Part shown: in pieces, positions 1 to 9,415 of the stretch | Numbering within the stretch: the first letter of the stretch is position 1 | How the letters are laid out: each line of letters begins with the position of its first letter | Source of the DNA: Thiotrichales bacterium | Lineage (GTDB): Bacteria; Pseudomonadota; Gammaproteobacteria; UWMA-0217 | Assembly: GCA_050329935.1 (NCBI GenBank) | Contig: JBHJOI010000079.1 | Location: forward strand, 5,277 to 69,276 | DNA length: 64,000 bases | Reading direction: 5' to 3' | Translations under genes and position numbers: made by a program | Notes under the pieces: model-generated | What the model saw: the letters and a program-made list of their open reading frames with translations, nothing else | What the model was told of the DNA's origin: nothing | Databases searched by the model: none

Positions 1-10
1 CAAGGAGACG

Positions 11-157
11 CTGCTCAGGGTTGGGTAGGCGGGCGCGTCGGTCGCGGGGACGCGGCCGTCGAGCCGCCCACGGATGAGTTCACGGCGTCTCCTGCCTACC
101 CAACCCGGAGCGCGGCTTTCAGCCTCCGCGGCGGCGTCCTCGCCATGAACGTCAAAG
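11..157 (+). repeat. Interspersed ~145-bp palindromic repeat, copy 1
   Basis: Inverted arms GGGTTGGGTAGGCGGG (18-33) and CCTGCCTACCCAACCC (91-106), then a conserved tail GGCTTTCA..GGCGGCGTCCTCGCCATGAA. Aligns by eye with five other copies in the window. Confidence 0.8.
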
Positions 158-249
158 CGCGTGGTCACAATGGGTGACGCACACGGGATCGCTCAAGACC
201 TCGAGTGGCGCGCAAACCTTCCGCGCGCCGCACGGTGAGTCGATCCACA

Positions 250-1284
250 CTATGCGATCGCCTGCTCGAAGCGAGCGCTGCTCAAGCCCCAACTGGGCAA
301 GCTTGCACGGACAGCCCGCGCGCCGGCCGCCAGTCGTGCACGCTCATCGGCGTCATCGAGCACCCGCGCGAGCGCGGCCGTCAACGCCTCCACGTCGCCG
401 GGCGGCACCAGCAATCCAGCCTCGGCAGGCACCGTCTCCGGAATCGCGCCGGCGGTGGTGCTGACGATCGGCAGCGCGCGGGCCAACGCTTCCGTGAGTG
501 CCATGCCGTAACCCTCATGCCAGGACGCAAGCACAAAGACATCGCTGCGATCGTAATACCGGGCAAGCGTCGCGGCGTCCACCGCGCCGCGAAAGTCCAC
601 CCGATCCGCCAGACCGAGGCGCGCGCATCGCGCCAGCAAGGCGGCGGTTGTGACCGGATTGCGGAGCCTGTCGCCGACACATTCGAGCCGCCACGGGCGG
701 TCGCCAAGGCGCGCCAGTGCTTCAAGCAGCAGGTCGTGCCCCTTGCGCGGCGTCAACGTCGCGACGCAGAGCAGCGCGAGCGTGCGGCCATCGCCACCCG
801 CCGCGGCCGGTGCAGGATCGACGCCCGGCTCGACCACGGCGATCCGGGCCGGATCGACTCCGTAGACAGTCAAACTGCGCGCGGTAAAGCGGCTGGTCAC
901 GATCACGCCTCGCGCGGCGGCCAAGGCGCGCCGTTCCCGCGCCAGCAACAGCGCTCGCGACTCGGCATCGAGCCCGGTCTCGTCCGCCAGCGGATGATGT
1001 ACCAGTGCGAATAGTCGCAGCCGCGTCGCATGGCGCTCGGCCAGCGCCGGCATCCCGCCGAACGCCAGCCCGTCGATCACCACCGTCGCCGCGTCGGGCA
1101 AACTCGATAGCAACGCGTCCGCGTCCTCGAGCGCGGCCCGGCTCGGCAGCGGGAAACTCGCGTCGAGGGCGTGGACGAAAACATGCCAGCCGCGCTCGCG
1201 GAGGCCTTGCGCGATACGTTGGTCATAGAGATACCCGCCGGTCAGCGTGGCCGGATCGCCGGGTACCAACAGGTGCAGATCCAC
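250..1284 (-). CDS. Glycosyltransferase, GT-B fold, group 1 (GT4-like)
   Basis: 344-aa ORF. C-terminal E-x7-E-type signature WHEGYGMALTEALARALPIVST. The GTG start directly follows the TGA of the upstream pterin-synthase-like gene, indicating translational coupling. Confidence 0.8.
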   Translation of the reverse strand: MDLHLLVPGDPATLTGGYLYDQRIAQGLRERGWHVFVHALDASFPLPSRAALEDADALLSSLPDAATVVIDGLAFGGMPALAERHATRLRLFALVHHPLADETGLDAESRALLLARERRALAAARGVIVTSRFTARSLTVYGVDPARIAVVEPGVDPAPAAAGGDGRTLALLCVATLTPRKGHDLLLEALARLGDRPWRLECVGDRLRNPVTTAALLARCARLGLADRVDFRGAVDAATLARYYDRSDVFVLASWHEGYGMALTEALARALPIVSTTAGAIPETVPAEAGLLVPPGDVEALTAALARVLDDADERARLAAGARAVRASLPSWGLSSARFEQAIA

Positions 1285-1695
1285 TCAGGCGGGCCGTTCG
1301 AGGCGTCCGCTGTAGGCCGCCCACGCGACATGCGACTCATGCAAGGTCACGCGCATCGCGTCGAGCCCCAGCGCCGCGGGTCCCAATTCGCCCACCGCGA
1401 CTCGCCTCGCCATACGTTCGAAAATCAAGCGTGCCAGGAACTCGGTGGTTGTGTTCTGCCCCACCAGCGCCGGGTCATCATCGAGGTTGCGGTAGTTGAT
1501 CTCGGCCAACACCGCGCTCAACGCGCGCGCGGCAAGCCCGATATCGACCACCAGATTATCCGCGTCCAACCGTTCGCGTTGCAGCTCGACATCGACGACA
1601 TAGGTGGCTCCGTGCAACCGCTGCGCCGGGCCGAACACCTCGCCGCGAAAGCTATGAGCGATCATGCAATGGTCACGTACGCACAGTGAATACAT
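1285..1695 (-). CDS. 6-pyruvoyl-tetrahydropterin synthase / QueD-like family protein
   Basis: 136 aa counted from the internal ATG at 1695 ([26 protein letters not shown]..). His-containing pattern and size fit the COG0720 T-fold family. The longer track ORF has an implausible N-terminal extension. Confidence 0.75.
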   Translation of the reverse strand: MYSLCVRDHCMIAHSFRGEVFGPAQRLHGATYVVDVELQRERLDADNLVVDIGLAARALSAVLAEINYRNLDDDPALVGQNTTTEFLARLIFERMARRVAVGELGPAALGLDAMRVTLHESHVAWAAYSGRLERPA

Positions 1696-1832
1696 CGGCT
1701 GGCTCCTTTGTAACGGTCTTGATTCGAAGCTGATCCGCGACGTTAACGCAACCGCGAACCCCGCGCCTCGAACCCTTGGCATGAGTGCGTCCAAACGCGG
1801 CGTCGGTCACCGAAACCGCCCCCTCTACCGCC

Positions 1833-2297
1833 TCAGACACCCGTTTGCGGACTGACCACTAATCGGCCATCGCCATCCAGCCCGGTGATCAGTACCGACT
1901 GCCCGGCGGCGACAGGCTTGGCACAGATCGCGGCATAGCTTGAATCGCCGACGCGCACTCGGCCGCGTCCGTTCTGAAATGCATCGACCGCCTCGACCTG
2001 ACGCCCGACGAGCGCCGCGACCTCGCGATTGAGCGTCGAGCTTGCGATATCCGCCCGCCCTCGACGCTGGACCATGAACCCAACCGCAATGGAACCTAGC
2101 ATCGCCACGGCGAACACCAGCAGCTGCCACGCGAGCGGAAGATTCGGCGCGAGCCACACCGAAAGCCCCACCAGCATTGCGCCAAGGCCAATCCACAGCA
2201 ACAACACCCCCGGCGCAACGATCTCAAATCCGATTAAAATTGCCCCCACGATCCACCACAACCACGGCGACGCAAACAGCGAATCAAACATGCTCAT
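1833..2297 (-). CDS. NfeD family membrane protein
   Basis: 154 aa with three N-terminal hydrophobic helices and a C-terminal OB-like domain (GRGRVRVGDSSY..). Lies immediately downstream of an SPFH gene, the canonical pairing. Confidence 0.8.
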   Translation of the reverse strand: MSMFDSLFASPWLWWIVGAILIGFEIVAPGVLLLWIGLGAMLVGLSVWLAPNLPLAWQLLVFAVAMLGSIAVGFMVQRRGRADIASSTLNREVAALVGRQVEAVDAFQNGRGRVRVGDSSYAAICAKPVAAGQSVLITGLDGDGRLVVSPQTGV

Positions 2298-2329
2298 GAC
2301 CTTAACAAAGCTCCGGATTCACAGCGGGG

Positions 2330-2474
2330 TGCCGTTCCAGGTTGGATAGGCGGGCGAATCGGCCGCACGGACGCGGCCATCGAGCCGCCAGGAATAGGTT
2401 CACGGTGTCTCCCGCCTACCCAACCCGGAACGACTTTCGTCCTCAATGGCGGCGCTCTGACCATGAAACTTAGG
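2330..2474 (+). repeat. Interspersed ~145-bp palindromic repeat, copy 2
   Basis: GGTTGGATAGGCGGGCG ... TCTCCCGCCTACCCAACCCGG ... GGCGGCGCTCTGACCATGAAACTTAGG. Same order and orientation as copy 1. Sits between the NfeD and SPFH genes. Confidence 0.8.
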
Positions 2475-3390
2475 TCTTTTCGGCCTGGGTTTGCCGGATC
2501 AATTCGGTGACACCCGCCACCGCGCCGGTAAGACCGCCTGCCTCCAACGGCATCAGCACCAGCTTGGAACTCGACGAGCGTCCAATTTCGTTGAGCGCCT
2601 CGACGTACTTGAGGCCAATAAAGTATTGGATCGCCTGGATGTCGCCCGCCGCGATCGCCTCGGAGACCATCCGGGTTGCTTTCGCTTCCGCTTCGGCCTC
2701 GCGCTCGCGGGCCTCGGCATTGAGAAACGCGGCCTCACGCTCACCTTCCGCCCGCAGTACCGCGGCACGTTTTTCGCCCTCGGCGGCGAGAATTTCCGCT
2801 TCTCGTTTGCCGTTGGCCTCGGTGACCTGAGCCCGGCGGCGTCGCTCGGCGGTCATCTGCAAATTCATCGCGTCCTGCAGTTCCGCGGACATTTTCAGAT
2901 CGCGGATCTCGATGCGCACGATCTTGATCCCCCACGGATTGGTCGCCTCATCCACCACGCTTAGCAGTATCTCGTTGATTTTTTGCCGATTCGACAGCGT
3001 ATCGTCGAGATCGAGCGAACCGATGACCGAACGCAGGTTGGTCGTCGTGAGATTTACGATCGCCTCCTCGAGATGACGCACCTGATATGCTGCCCGCGCC
3101 GCGTCGTCGATGCGATAGAACACCACCCCATCGGCGATCACCGCCGCGTTGTCCTTGGTGATGACCGTCTGCGCGGGCACATCCAGCACCTGTTCCATCA
3201 CTGTCAGTCGGCGCCCGATGCGGTCGATGAACGGCACGATAAGCCGTAAACCGGAATCAAGCGTTTGGGTATAGCGCCCGAACCGTTCCACGGTCCAACG
3301 TTCGCCTTGAGGCACGGTCTTGATCCCGGCAAAGATTAGCGCAACCGCGATGATCACGATGATCGAGGCAAAAAACAGGAACCCATCCAT
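2470..3390 (-). CDS. SPFH/band-7 (stomatin-like) family protein
   Basis: N-terminal TM helix, a band-7 core (PQGERWTVERFGRY, VVFYRIDD) and an Ala/Glu/Arg-rich coiled-coil tail. AAGGAG lies 8 nt upstream of the ATG at 3390. Confidence 0.85.
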   Translation of the reverse strand: MDGFLFFASIIVIIAVALIFAGIKTVPQGERWTVERFGRYTQTLDSGLRLIVPFIDRIGRRLTVMEQVLDVPAQTVITKDNAAVIADGVVFYRIDDAARAAYQVRHLEEAIVNLTTTNLRSVIGSLDLDDTLSNRQKINEILLSVVDEATNPWGIKIVRIEIRDLKMSAELQDAMNLQMTAERRRRAQVTEANGKREAEILAAEGEKRAAVLRAEGEREAAFLNAEAREREAEAEAKATRMVSEAIAAGDIQAIQYFIGLKYVEALNEIGRSSSSKLVLMPLEAGGLTGAVAGVTELIRQTQAEKT

Positions 3391-3521
3391 ATCGCACGTC
3401 TCCTTTTGAATCACGGGCCGAGTGTACCAGTCCGCAATCGCTGATTCGCCACAGCGGGTTCGATTTCACTCCGAAAATGGAGTCGTCGGACGGCCGCGCG
3501 GCACCATTCCACAACCCAGCG

Positions 3522-4526
3522 TCAGTCATAACGGATGCGGTGACAGATCTCGCCGGCGGCGGCGCCGCTCAATCGGGTCATGACGGTAGGCAGATCCTCG
3601 AATGCGCTTTCACCGGTGATCAAACCGTCGAGTCGCGGCTCAGCCAGCAGACGCAGCGCAAGCTCAAGTCGCCGTCGATAGCTCCAGCGCGCGCGTTGCG
3701 AGGCTGCGATGCTGCCCACCTGGGATGAACGCAGCGTCAGGCGACGGGCGTGAAACGCCTCACCCAGCGACAACGCGACACGCCGAGTGCCATACCAACT
3801 CAGCTCGATCACCCGCGCCTCGAAGCCGGCGATATGCAATGCGGTCTCGAGTCCGGCCGGATTGCCGCTCGTATGCAGCACGAGATCAGCATCATCACGG
3901 GCCTGTGCCGGCAGCGCGAAGCCAAGCCCCAAGCGCGCCGCCACCCTCGCCCGCGTCGGATCGATGTCAATCAGTTCCACCTCGCACCCCGGAATGGATC
4001 CCGCGAGCCACGCGACCAGACACCCGACCGCGCCGGCGCCGATCACCGCGATCCGATCGCCGGGCAACGGCGCGGCGTCCCATAGTCCGTTCAACGCTGT
4101 TTCGAGATTGGCGGCAAGCACCGCGCGCGCCGCCGGCACTTGCTCGGGCAACGGCACGACGTCGCCGGCCGGCACAACATACCGGGTCTGGTGCGGATGC
4201 AAACAAAACACCTCGCGGCCGAGCAGTGCCGTTGGCCCCTGCTCCACCACGCCGACATTGATGTAGCCGTACTTGACCGGTGCCGGGAACTCGCCTGCCT
4301 GGTGCGGACAACGCATCCGCGCATACTCACTCGGGGGCACCTCGCCATGCAGGACCAGGGTTTCGGTGCCACGGCTGATACCGGAGTATCGCGTTCGCAC
4401 CAACACATCGTCCGCGCCAGGCGCTCGCAAACGCTCGTCGCGCAGTTCGGCCTGGCCGGGCGCGGTCACCCAGTAAGCCCGGGCGTGGAAGGCGGGGTTG
4501 GATGCAACATCGCCGCGTATGGGCAT
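3522..4526 (-). CDS. Zinc-type medium-chain dehydrogenase/reductase (MDR) family protein
   Basis: 334 aa. Rossmann motif [11 protein letters not shown]; N-terminal GroES-like region with SGISRGTE. Confidence 0.75.
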   Translation of the reverse strand: MPIRGDVASNPAFHARAYWVTAPGQAELRDERLRAPGADDVLVRTRYSGISRGTETLVLHGEVPPSEYARMRCPHQAGEFPAPVKYGYINVGVVEQGPTALLGREVFCLHPHQTRYVVPAGDVVPLPEQVPAARAVLAANLETALNGLWDAAPLPGDRIAVIGAGAVGCLVAWLAGSIPGCEVELIDIDPTRARVAARLGLGFALPAQARDDADLVLHTSGNPAGLETALHIAGFEARVIELSWYGTRRVALSLGEAFHARRLTLRSSQVGSIAASQRARWSYRRRLELALRLLAEPRLDGLITGESAFEDLPTVMTRLSGAAAGEICHRIRYD

Positions 4527-4685
4527 GAATGAGGTTCGCTACTGATGGTTTCGGTTAAAAAGCAAGGCTCGCCGGGGCGCGGGAAGCCGCAAAGCGTCAG
4601 GTCACCGCGACCCGATTGATCATCGCGATCTCGGCGCTCTGCGCTTGCCTGGATTATCATCCGCGATGATGCATTCCGCCACGCC

Positions 4686-5426
4686 ATGCGACTGACCACA
4701 CCAACCGCCCTGGACCCGCTGCGTCGCTCGGCCGCCGGGCAGGTCGCCGGCGCGCTGATCGCGCTCGGACTCGTGACCACGGAAATCACGGCGCGCCTCG
4801 GGCTAGGGTTCGCTTATCCGCTGAAAAGTCTTGTGGTATTCCTGATCATGGTTGGGTTACTTTCTCCGCTCCTCTCGCTGCACCGGCCTCACGCTCGGTT
4901 CGGACCGGCCAATACGGTCACCCTGCTACGACTCGGTCTAACCGCATCGCTCGCCGGCTTGGTCGGCGCACCGACGTCCACTCTAGGCTGGTGGATCGTC
5001 GGCAGCGCGCTGGTTGTGGTTACGCTCGACGGCGTGGACGGCTGGCTCGCGCGCCGCTATCGAACCGAGAGCGCGTTTGGCGCCCGTTTCGACATGGAAA
5101 CCGACGCGTTGCTGATTCTGGTGCTAGCGATGCTCGCCTGGCAGTTGGACAAGGCGGGACCGTGGATACTGCTTGCCGGTGTGCTGCGCTATGCCTTTGT
5201 CGGCGCCGGTCACTGGTGGGCATGGATACACCGGCCCTTGCCGTGCAGCTTTCGCCGCAAGACGGCCTGCGTGCTTCAAATCGCAACCTTGATCGCGTGC
5301 CTCACGCCGCTGCTGCATACCCCGAGCAGCGCGTGGGTTGCCGGCGTCGGTCTAGTGTTCCTGTGCTACTCTTTTTGGGTCGATTTGCGCTGGCTCAAGC
5401 GCAATGCCAACCGCATCGAGGACTGA
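4686..5426 (+). CDS. CDP-alcohol phosphatidyltransferase family protein
   Basis: The family motif D-G-x2-A-R-x8-G-x3-D-x3-D is present as DGVDGWLARRYRTESAFGARFDMETDAL. Multiple TM helices. Confidence 0.85.
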   Translation: MRLTTPTALDPLRRSAAGQVAGALIALGLVTTEITARLGLGFAYPLKSLVVFLIMVGLLSPLLSLHRPHARFGPANTVTLLRLGLTASLAGLVGAPTSTLGWWIVGSALVVVTLDGVDGWLARRYRTESAFGARFDMETDALLILVLAMLAWQLDKAGPWILLAGVLRYAFVGAGHWWAWIHRPLPCSFRRKTACVLQIATLIACLTPLLHTPSSAWVAGVGLVFLCYSFWVDLRWLKRNANRIED

Positions 5427-5429
5427 ACC

Positions 5430-6047
5430 ATGCACACTTCGTCCCGTTTTCGTCATTTCCGTTCGCGAATCGTCGCCCTGCTCGGCATCGGACTGCTGCT
5501 CGCGGCCGGTTCATCCGCGCAGGCCGCCGCGGCCACTTACGAACTCGATCCCGAACATCTGAGCATCGGCTTTCTGGTCGATCATGTTGGCTACGCGAAG
5601 GTACTCGGCATGTTTCGCGATGCCCGCGGCAGCTACGCCTTCGACGAGACGACCGGGGCACTTTCCGATGTCCGTATCGTGATCGACAGCGCGAGTGCCT
5701 TCACCAATCACAAGAAACGCGATGAACATCTCCGTGGCGCGGATTTCCTGAACAGCGCCGAGTTCCCCGAGCTGGTGTTCACCGCGTCGACCGCGAAGCG
5801 TAGCGGCGAGCGCGATTTCGTCATCGACGGTGAGCTCACGGTGCTGGGTCGCACCCAACCCGTCACGCTCAACGCCACCTGGAACAAAAGCGCGGAATAC
5901 CCGTTCGGCCCCAAGGCCTACGCGATGGGCGTGTCGGCTCGCGGCAGTTTCAAGCGCAGCGCCTACGGCATGAACTACGCGGTCGAGAACGGCTGGGTCG
6001 GCGACGAAGTCGAGCTGATCATCGAGTTCGAAGCGCGACGCAAGTAA
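5430..6047 (+). CDS. YceI family periplasmic (polyisoprenoid-binding-like) protein
   Basis: Signal peptide followed by YELDPEHLSIGF..HVGYAKVLGMF, typical of YceI-like domains. Confidence 0.8.
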   Translation: MHTSSRFRHFRSRIVALLGIGLLLAAGSSAQAAAATYELDPEHLSIGFLVDHVGYAKVLGMFRDARGSYAFDETTGALSDVRIVIDSASAFTNHKKRDEHLRGADFLNSAEFPELVFTASTAKRSGERDFVIDGELTVLGRTQPVTLNATWNKSAEYPFGPKAYAMGVSARGSFKRSAYGMNYAVENGWVGDEVELIIEFEARRK

Positions 6048-6222
6048 TCTCGCGGGTTCACCGTTGCACGGTCCGGAACAGCCGATCCGCATGCCGCCGA
6101 GTTCGGTGCGCGCACGCGGCATGAAAGGTGTGCCTCGCCACCGATCGCACACGTCGGCCTCCGGTGGGCCGATCGCTCGGAGCCGGTCCGCCGTGTTCGT
6201 CGCGCTGTCGCGAGTGGTCTGA

Positions 6223-7923
6223 GTGGCGCCCGAGCACAACCCGGCCACGTGGGCCAAGCCTACAATATCCGCGATTCGTCACCAGCGACCGAAGTTAACA
6301 CTGTTATGGCGCTTGCTGGTCGCGGGCCTGGCGTTGCTGTTGCTGAATCACGCGCTGGTGTTTCGCAACGTCTGGCCGACGCCCTGGATCGCACCGGGCA
6401 CGGCGTTTACCGTCGAACTCGGCATCGCCTTGCTGGTCGCGACCTGGCTGACACGTCGCCAACGGCGATTGTCCGGCCCGGCCTTGCGCGGGTTCGCACT
6501 GGTTTATACCGCCCTGATCGTCGGCCGCTACGCGATGGTCACCGCGCCGGCGCTCTATGGCAGGCCGATCGATCTGTATTGGGACACCCGCCACCTGCCG
6601 AACGTGCTGGCAATGTTGGCGACGGCCGCGCCGCCGTGGCTGACGCTCATCGCCGTGGCGATTCCGGTCGCGGTGCTCACGTTGGTCTACCTCGCGACAC
6701 AGCTCGCCTGGCGTCACCTTGGCGCGACGCTGGCTGAGCCCTCAACGCGACCGGCGATCGCGATGTGTGGTCTGTTGCTGGTGGGCTGGTTCGGCGCCGG
6801 CCAGTTTCACCCCGCCCTTGCGACCGAGCGCTGGTTCGCCGACCGTATTGGACCGTTGTACGCACGTCAGGTCAGTCTCCTTGCCGGAACCTGGTCCGGA
6901 CTCGCCGCCGCCCGAGGTCTACCCGAAGCGCCACGGTTGACATCGAACCTGGCGCGGCTCGAAGGCGCCGATGTCGTGCTGATGTTTCTCGAATCCTATG
7001 GCGCCACCGCCTACGAGAATCCGCACCATGCCGAGGCGCTCAGTGACGCGCGAGCGACGCTCAAAGCCGCGATTGACGGGACCGGACATACCGTGGTCAG
7101 CGCACGCATCCGCTCGACCACCTTTGGCGGCGGCTCCTGGCTTGCCCACGCGAGCTGGCTCGGCGCGACCCCGATCACCAGCGCGGAAACTCATGCCATC
7201 CTGCTGAAGACACAACGACCGTCGTGGCCCCGCCTGTTCGCCGCGCGGGGTTACGCTACGTTCGGCTTGATGCCCGGCACCCGTGGCCCGTGGCCGGAAG
7301 GCCGCTTCTACGGCTTCGACCAGATCCACGACGCGCAACGACTCGACTACCAGGGGCCGGAGTTTGGCTGGTGGCGTATTCCCGACCAATACAGCTGGGT
7401 GCGCTTCGCGACCGAGGTCTTGCACGTCGATCGCAGCCAACCGGCGTTGGTCTTTTTTCCGACCATCACCAGCCACATGCCTTTCAAGCCGACGCCACCG
7501 TTACAACCGGATTGGCAGCGTTTGCTCGGCCCCGAACCGTTCGATCCCAATAGCGTCACCGCTGCCCTGGCGGAGCCCGCGGACTGGCGCGACCTCGGCC
7601 CGGCCTATACCGACTCGATCGCCTACAGCATGCGCGTGCTCACCGACGAGCTTGAACGTCCGCGTGCCCGCGAGCGGGTAATACTTCTGCTCGGTGACCA
7701 TCAGCCACCCGCCGCGGTCAGCGGCGACGGCGCGACCTGGGACGTTCCGCTTCATGTCATCGCGCGCCAACCCGAACTGATCGACGCACTGTTGAAGGCG
7801 GGATTCGAACCTGGATTGGGCCTTCCGGACACTCTGCTCGCGCCGATTCATGAAGCCAGCCTGTTGCTCCTGGATGCCTTTCACGACCCCGCGCATCGAC
7901 CCGTCGGCGAGCATCCCGATTAG
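6223..7923 (+). CDS. Membrane-anchored sulfatase-like (alkaline-phosphatase superfamily) hydrolase/transferase
   Basis: About 5 N-terminal TM helices, then VVLMFLESYGAT, GGGSWLAHASW and LLLGDHQPP, which resemble LTA-synthase/phosphoglycerol-transferase-type domains. GTG start; the start is uncertain. Confidence 0.55.
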   Translation: MAPEHNPATWAKPTISAIRHQRPKLTLLWRLLVAGLALLLLNHALVFRNVWPTPWIAPGTAFTVELGIALLVATWLTRRQRRLSGPALRGFALVYTALIVGRYAMVTAPALYGRPIDLYWDTRHLPNVLAMLATAAPPWLTLIAVAIPVAVLTLVYLATQLAWRHLGATLAEPSTRPAIAMCGLLLVGWFGAGQFHPALATERWFADRIGPLYARQVSLLAGTWSGLAAARGLPEAPRLTSNLARLEGADVVLMFLESYGATAYENPHHAEALSDARATLKAAIDGTGHTVVSARIRSTTFGGGSWLAHASWLGATPITSAETHAILLKTQRPSWPRLFAARGYATFGLMPGTRGPWPEGRFYGFDQIHDAQRLDYQGPEFGWWRIPDQYSWVRFATEVLHVDRSQPALVFFPTITSHMPFKPTPPLQPDWQRLLGPEPFDPNSVTAALAEPADWRDLGPAYTDSIAYSMRVLTDELERPRARERVILLLGDHQPPAAVSGDGATWDVPLHVIARQPELIDALLKAGFEPGLGLPDTLLAPIHEASLLLLDAFHDPAHRPVGEHPD

Positions 7924-8023
7924 GTCCGGCAATATGATTGCCGCGCCGCGAGCGCGCTTGTGATGAAGCGTGGCGCTTGAGCCCATCGCGTGGCTCAATC
8001 GACTGTGGAGACTAACAACGACG

Positions 8024-8785
8024 CTACGAGTCCTTCAACGCATCGGCACGCACGGCGATCACGTCGCCGGAACGCGGCGCGTGGTCGAGGGTGCGCAACC
8101 GGTCGATCATCGTCTCGGCGTCCACCCAGTCGCGCTCGCACAGGCGATAGGTTTCACCCTCGGACCGATTGAAACGATACTGACCCAGTTCGGCCAGGCG
8201 TTCGACGCAAGCGATCGCGAGATCGACCGCGGCAGGTATGTACTCGAACGCCACCGCACGCGGCGGGCGTCCGAGTCCCGCCAACACCTCGCGTTCAAAC
8301 CCCTCGACGTCGATCTTGACATACGCTGGCTCCCCGAAACGGGCGATCAGCGCGTCGAGGGTTGTCACCGCGACTTCGGGTCCGGGTTCCCAACGCACAC
8401 CGGCAAAGGCGTCACTGGCGCCAACGCGTGCGATCCATGCCGTCGCCAGGGTACTGACCGTCGGCGTTCGCGGGCTGACGCGCAGAACCGCCCAACCCGC
8501 CTTGGCACCGACCGCTTGTTCGAGCAGGACAAACTGCTTGTCCCCCCGAAACAGCCAGCGTAGCCAGCGCGCGAATGCCGGTTGCGGCTCAACCGCGACC
8601 ACCGTGGCGCCCAGCCGGCGCCAGCAACGCGCATGATTGCCAACGTGCGCGCCGAGGTCGAAACAAAGGTCCCCGACACCGATCCAGGGCGCATAAAAGC
8701 GACGCAAGCGTCGCGCGCGACCCGGAATGGCCAGATAGATAGCCAGCGAACGTAGCAGACCCGGCCAGTGGCTAGCGCTCGCCAC
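8024..8785 (-). CDS. FkbM family methyltransferase
   Basis: CFDLGAHVGNH..VVAVEPQP.. and ..YVKIDVEGFEREVLAGL are characteristic of FkbM-type SAM methyltransferases. I assumed the GTG start at 8785 to avoid overlap with the upstream gene; the start is uncertain. Confidence 0.7.
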   Translation of the reverse strand: MASASHWPGLLRSLAIYLAIPGRARRLRRFYAPWIGVGDLCFDLGAHVGNHARCWRRLGATVVAVEPQPAFARWLRWLFRGDKQFVLLEQAVGAKAGWAVLRVSPRTPTVSTLATAWIARVGASDAFAGVRWEPGPEVAVTTLDALIARFGEPAYVKIDVEGFEREVLAGLGRPPRAVAFEYIPAAVDLAIACVERLAELGQYRFNRSEGETYRLCERDWVDAETMIDRLRTLDHAPRSGDVIAVRADALKDS

Positions 8786-8814
8786 GCGATCCGCCCGGTC
8801 CGCGCGCGCCGTGT

Positions 8815-9186
8815 TCAGGAGAGATCGAGCGCATGGCGTTTGAGCGCGTCCAGGGGCACGAGCTCGAGCGCCCGGGCATGCGTCGCGCGTAGCCGCACGC
8901 GGGGGGCCTTGCCTTGCTCGAACGCCTCCTTCCACCGCGCCGCGCACAGGCACCACGAATCGCCGGGTTGTAACCCCGGAAATCCGAATGCCGGCACGGC
9001 GGTGATCAAGTCATTGCCACGCGCGCGACTGAATTCCAGGAACTCAGCGGTCATCGCGGCACACACGGTGTGCGAACCGAAGTCCCTAGGCGCGGTCTCA
9101 CAACTGCCGCTACGCGTCCAACCGGTCAGCGGCGAGGTGGAACACGCTTCGAGCGGTTCGCCAAGTACGTTAAGATTTTCGCTCAT
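8815..9186 (-). CDS. DUF2237 family protein
   Basis: 123 aa from the ATG at 9186: MSENLNVLGEPLEACSTSPLTGW..GSHTVCAAMTAEFLEFSRARGNDL..GDSWCLCAARW, recognised as the conserved DUF2237 pattern. Confidence 0.7.
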   Translation of the reverse strand: MSENLNVLGEPLEACSTSPLTGWTRSGSCETAPRDFGSHTVCAAMTAEFLEFSRARGNDLITAVPAFGFPGLQPGDSWCLCAARWKEAFEQGKAPRVRLRATHARALELVPLDALKRHALDLS

Positions 9187-9415
9187 CGAATGCTGATCCG
9201 GTTGGAATTTCGGACCGGCGATGACAGATGCGCATCGTGTCCACGCCGGGGTTTCAGGCATACTGCGGATGCGGAGAGCGGCGTGCAACTTTCTCTCGGT
9301 CCTGGTGGGCGATTCGGTGAGGATTCGCGCCCGGTCAACGCAGCGATGGACGCAGACCGCCTTTACGGCTAAAAGCAATCTTCCGAAACGAGTCCGACAC
9401 GGCGTGCCAAATCCG

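Noticed and set aside
205-1014. Long ORFs antisense to, or out of frame with, clearly recognisable genes. Examples: 205-1014 (+), 5511-6257 (-), 11690-12826 (+), 17488-18246 (-), 19937-20977 (+), 55158-56135 (+), 59796-60428 (+).
   Set aside because: They overlap CDSs with strong family motifs, have Arg/Pro/Ala-rich low-complexity translations and show no recognisable motifs. This is the usual stop-codon-poor shadow ORF artefact of high-GC DNA.
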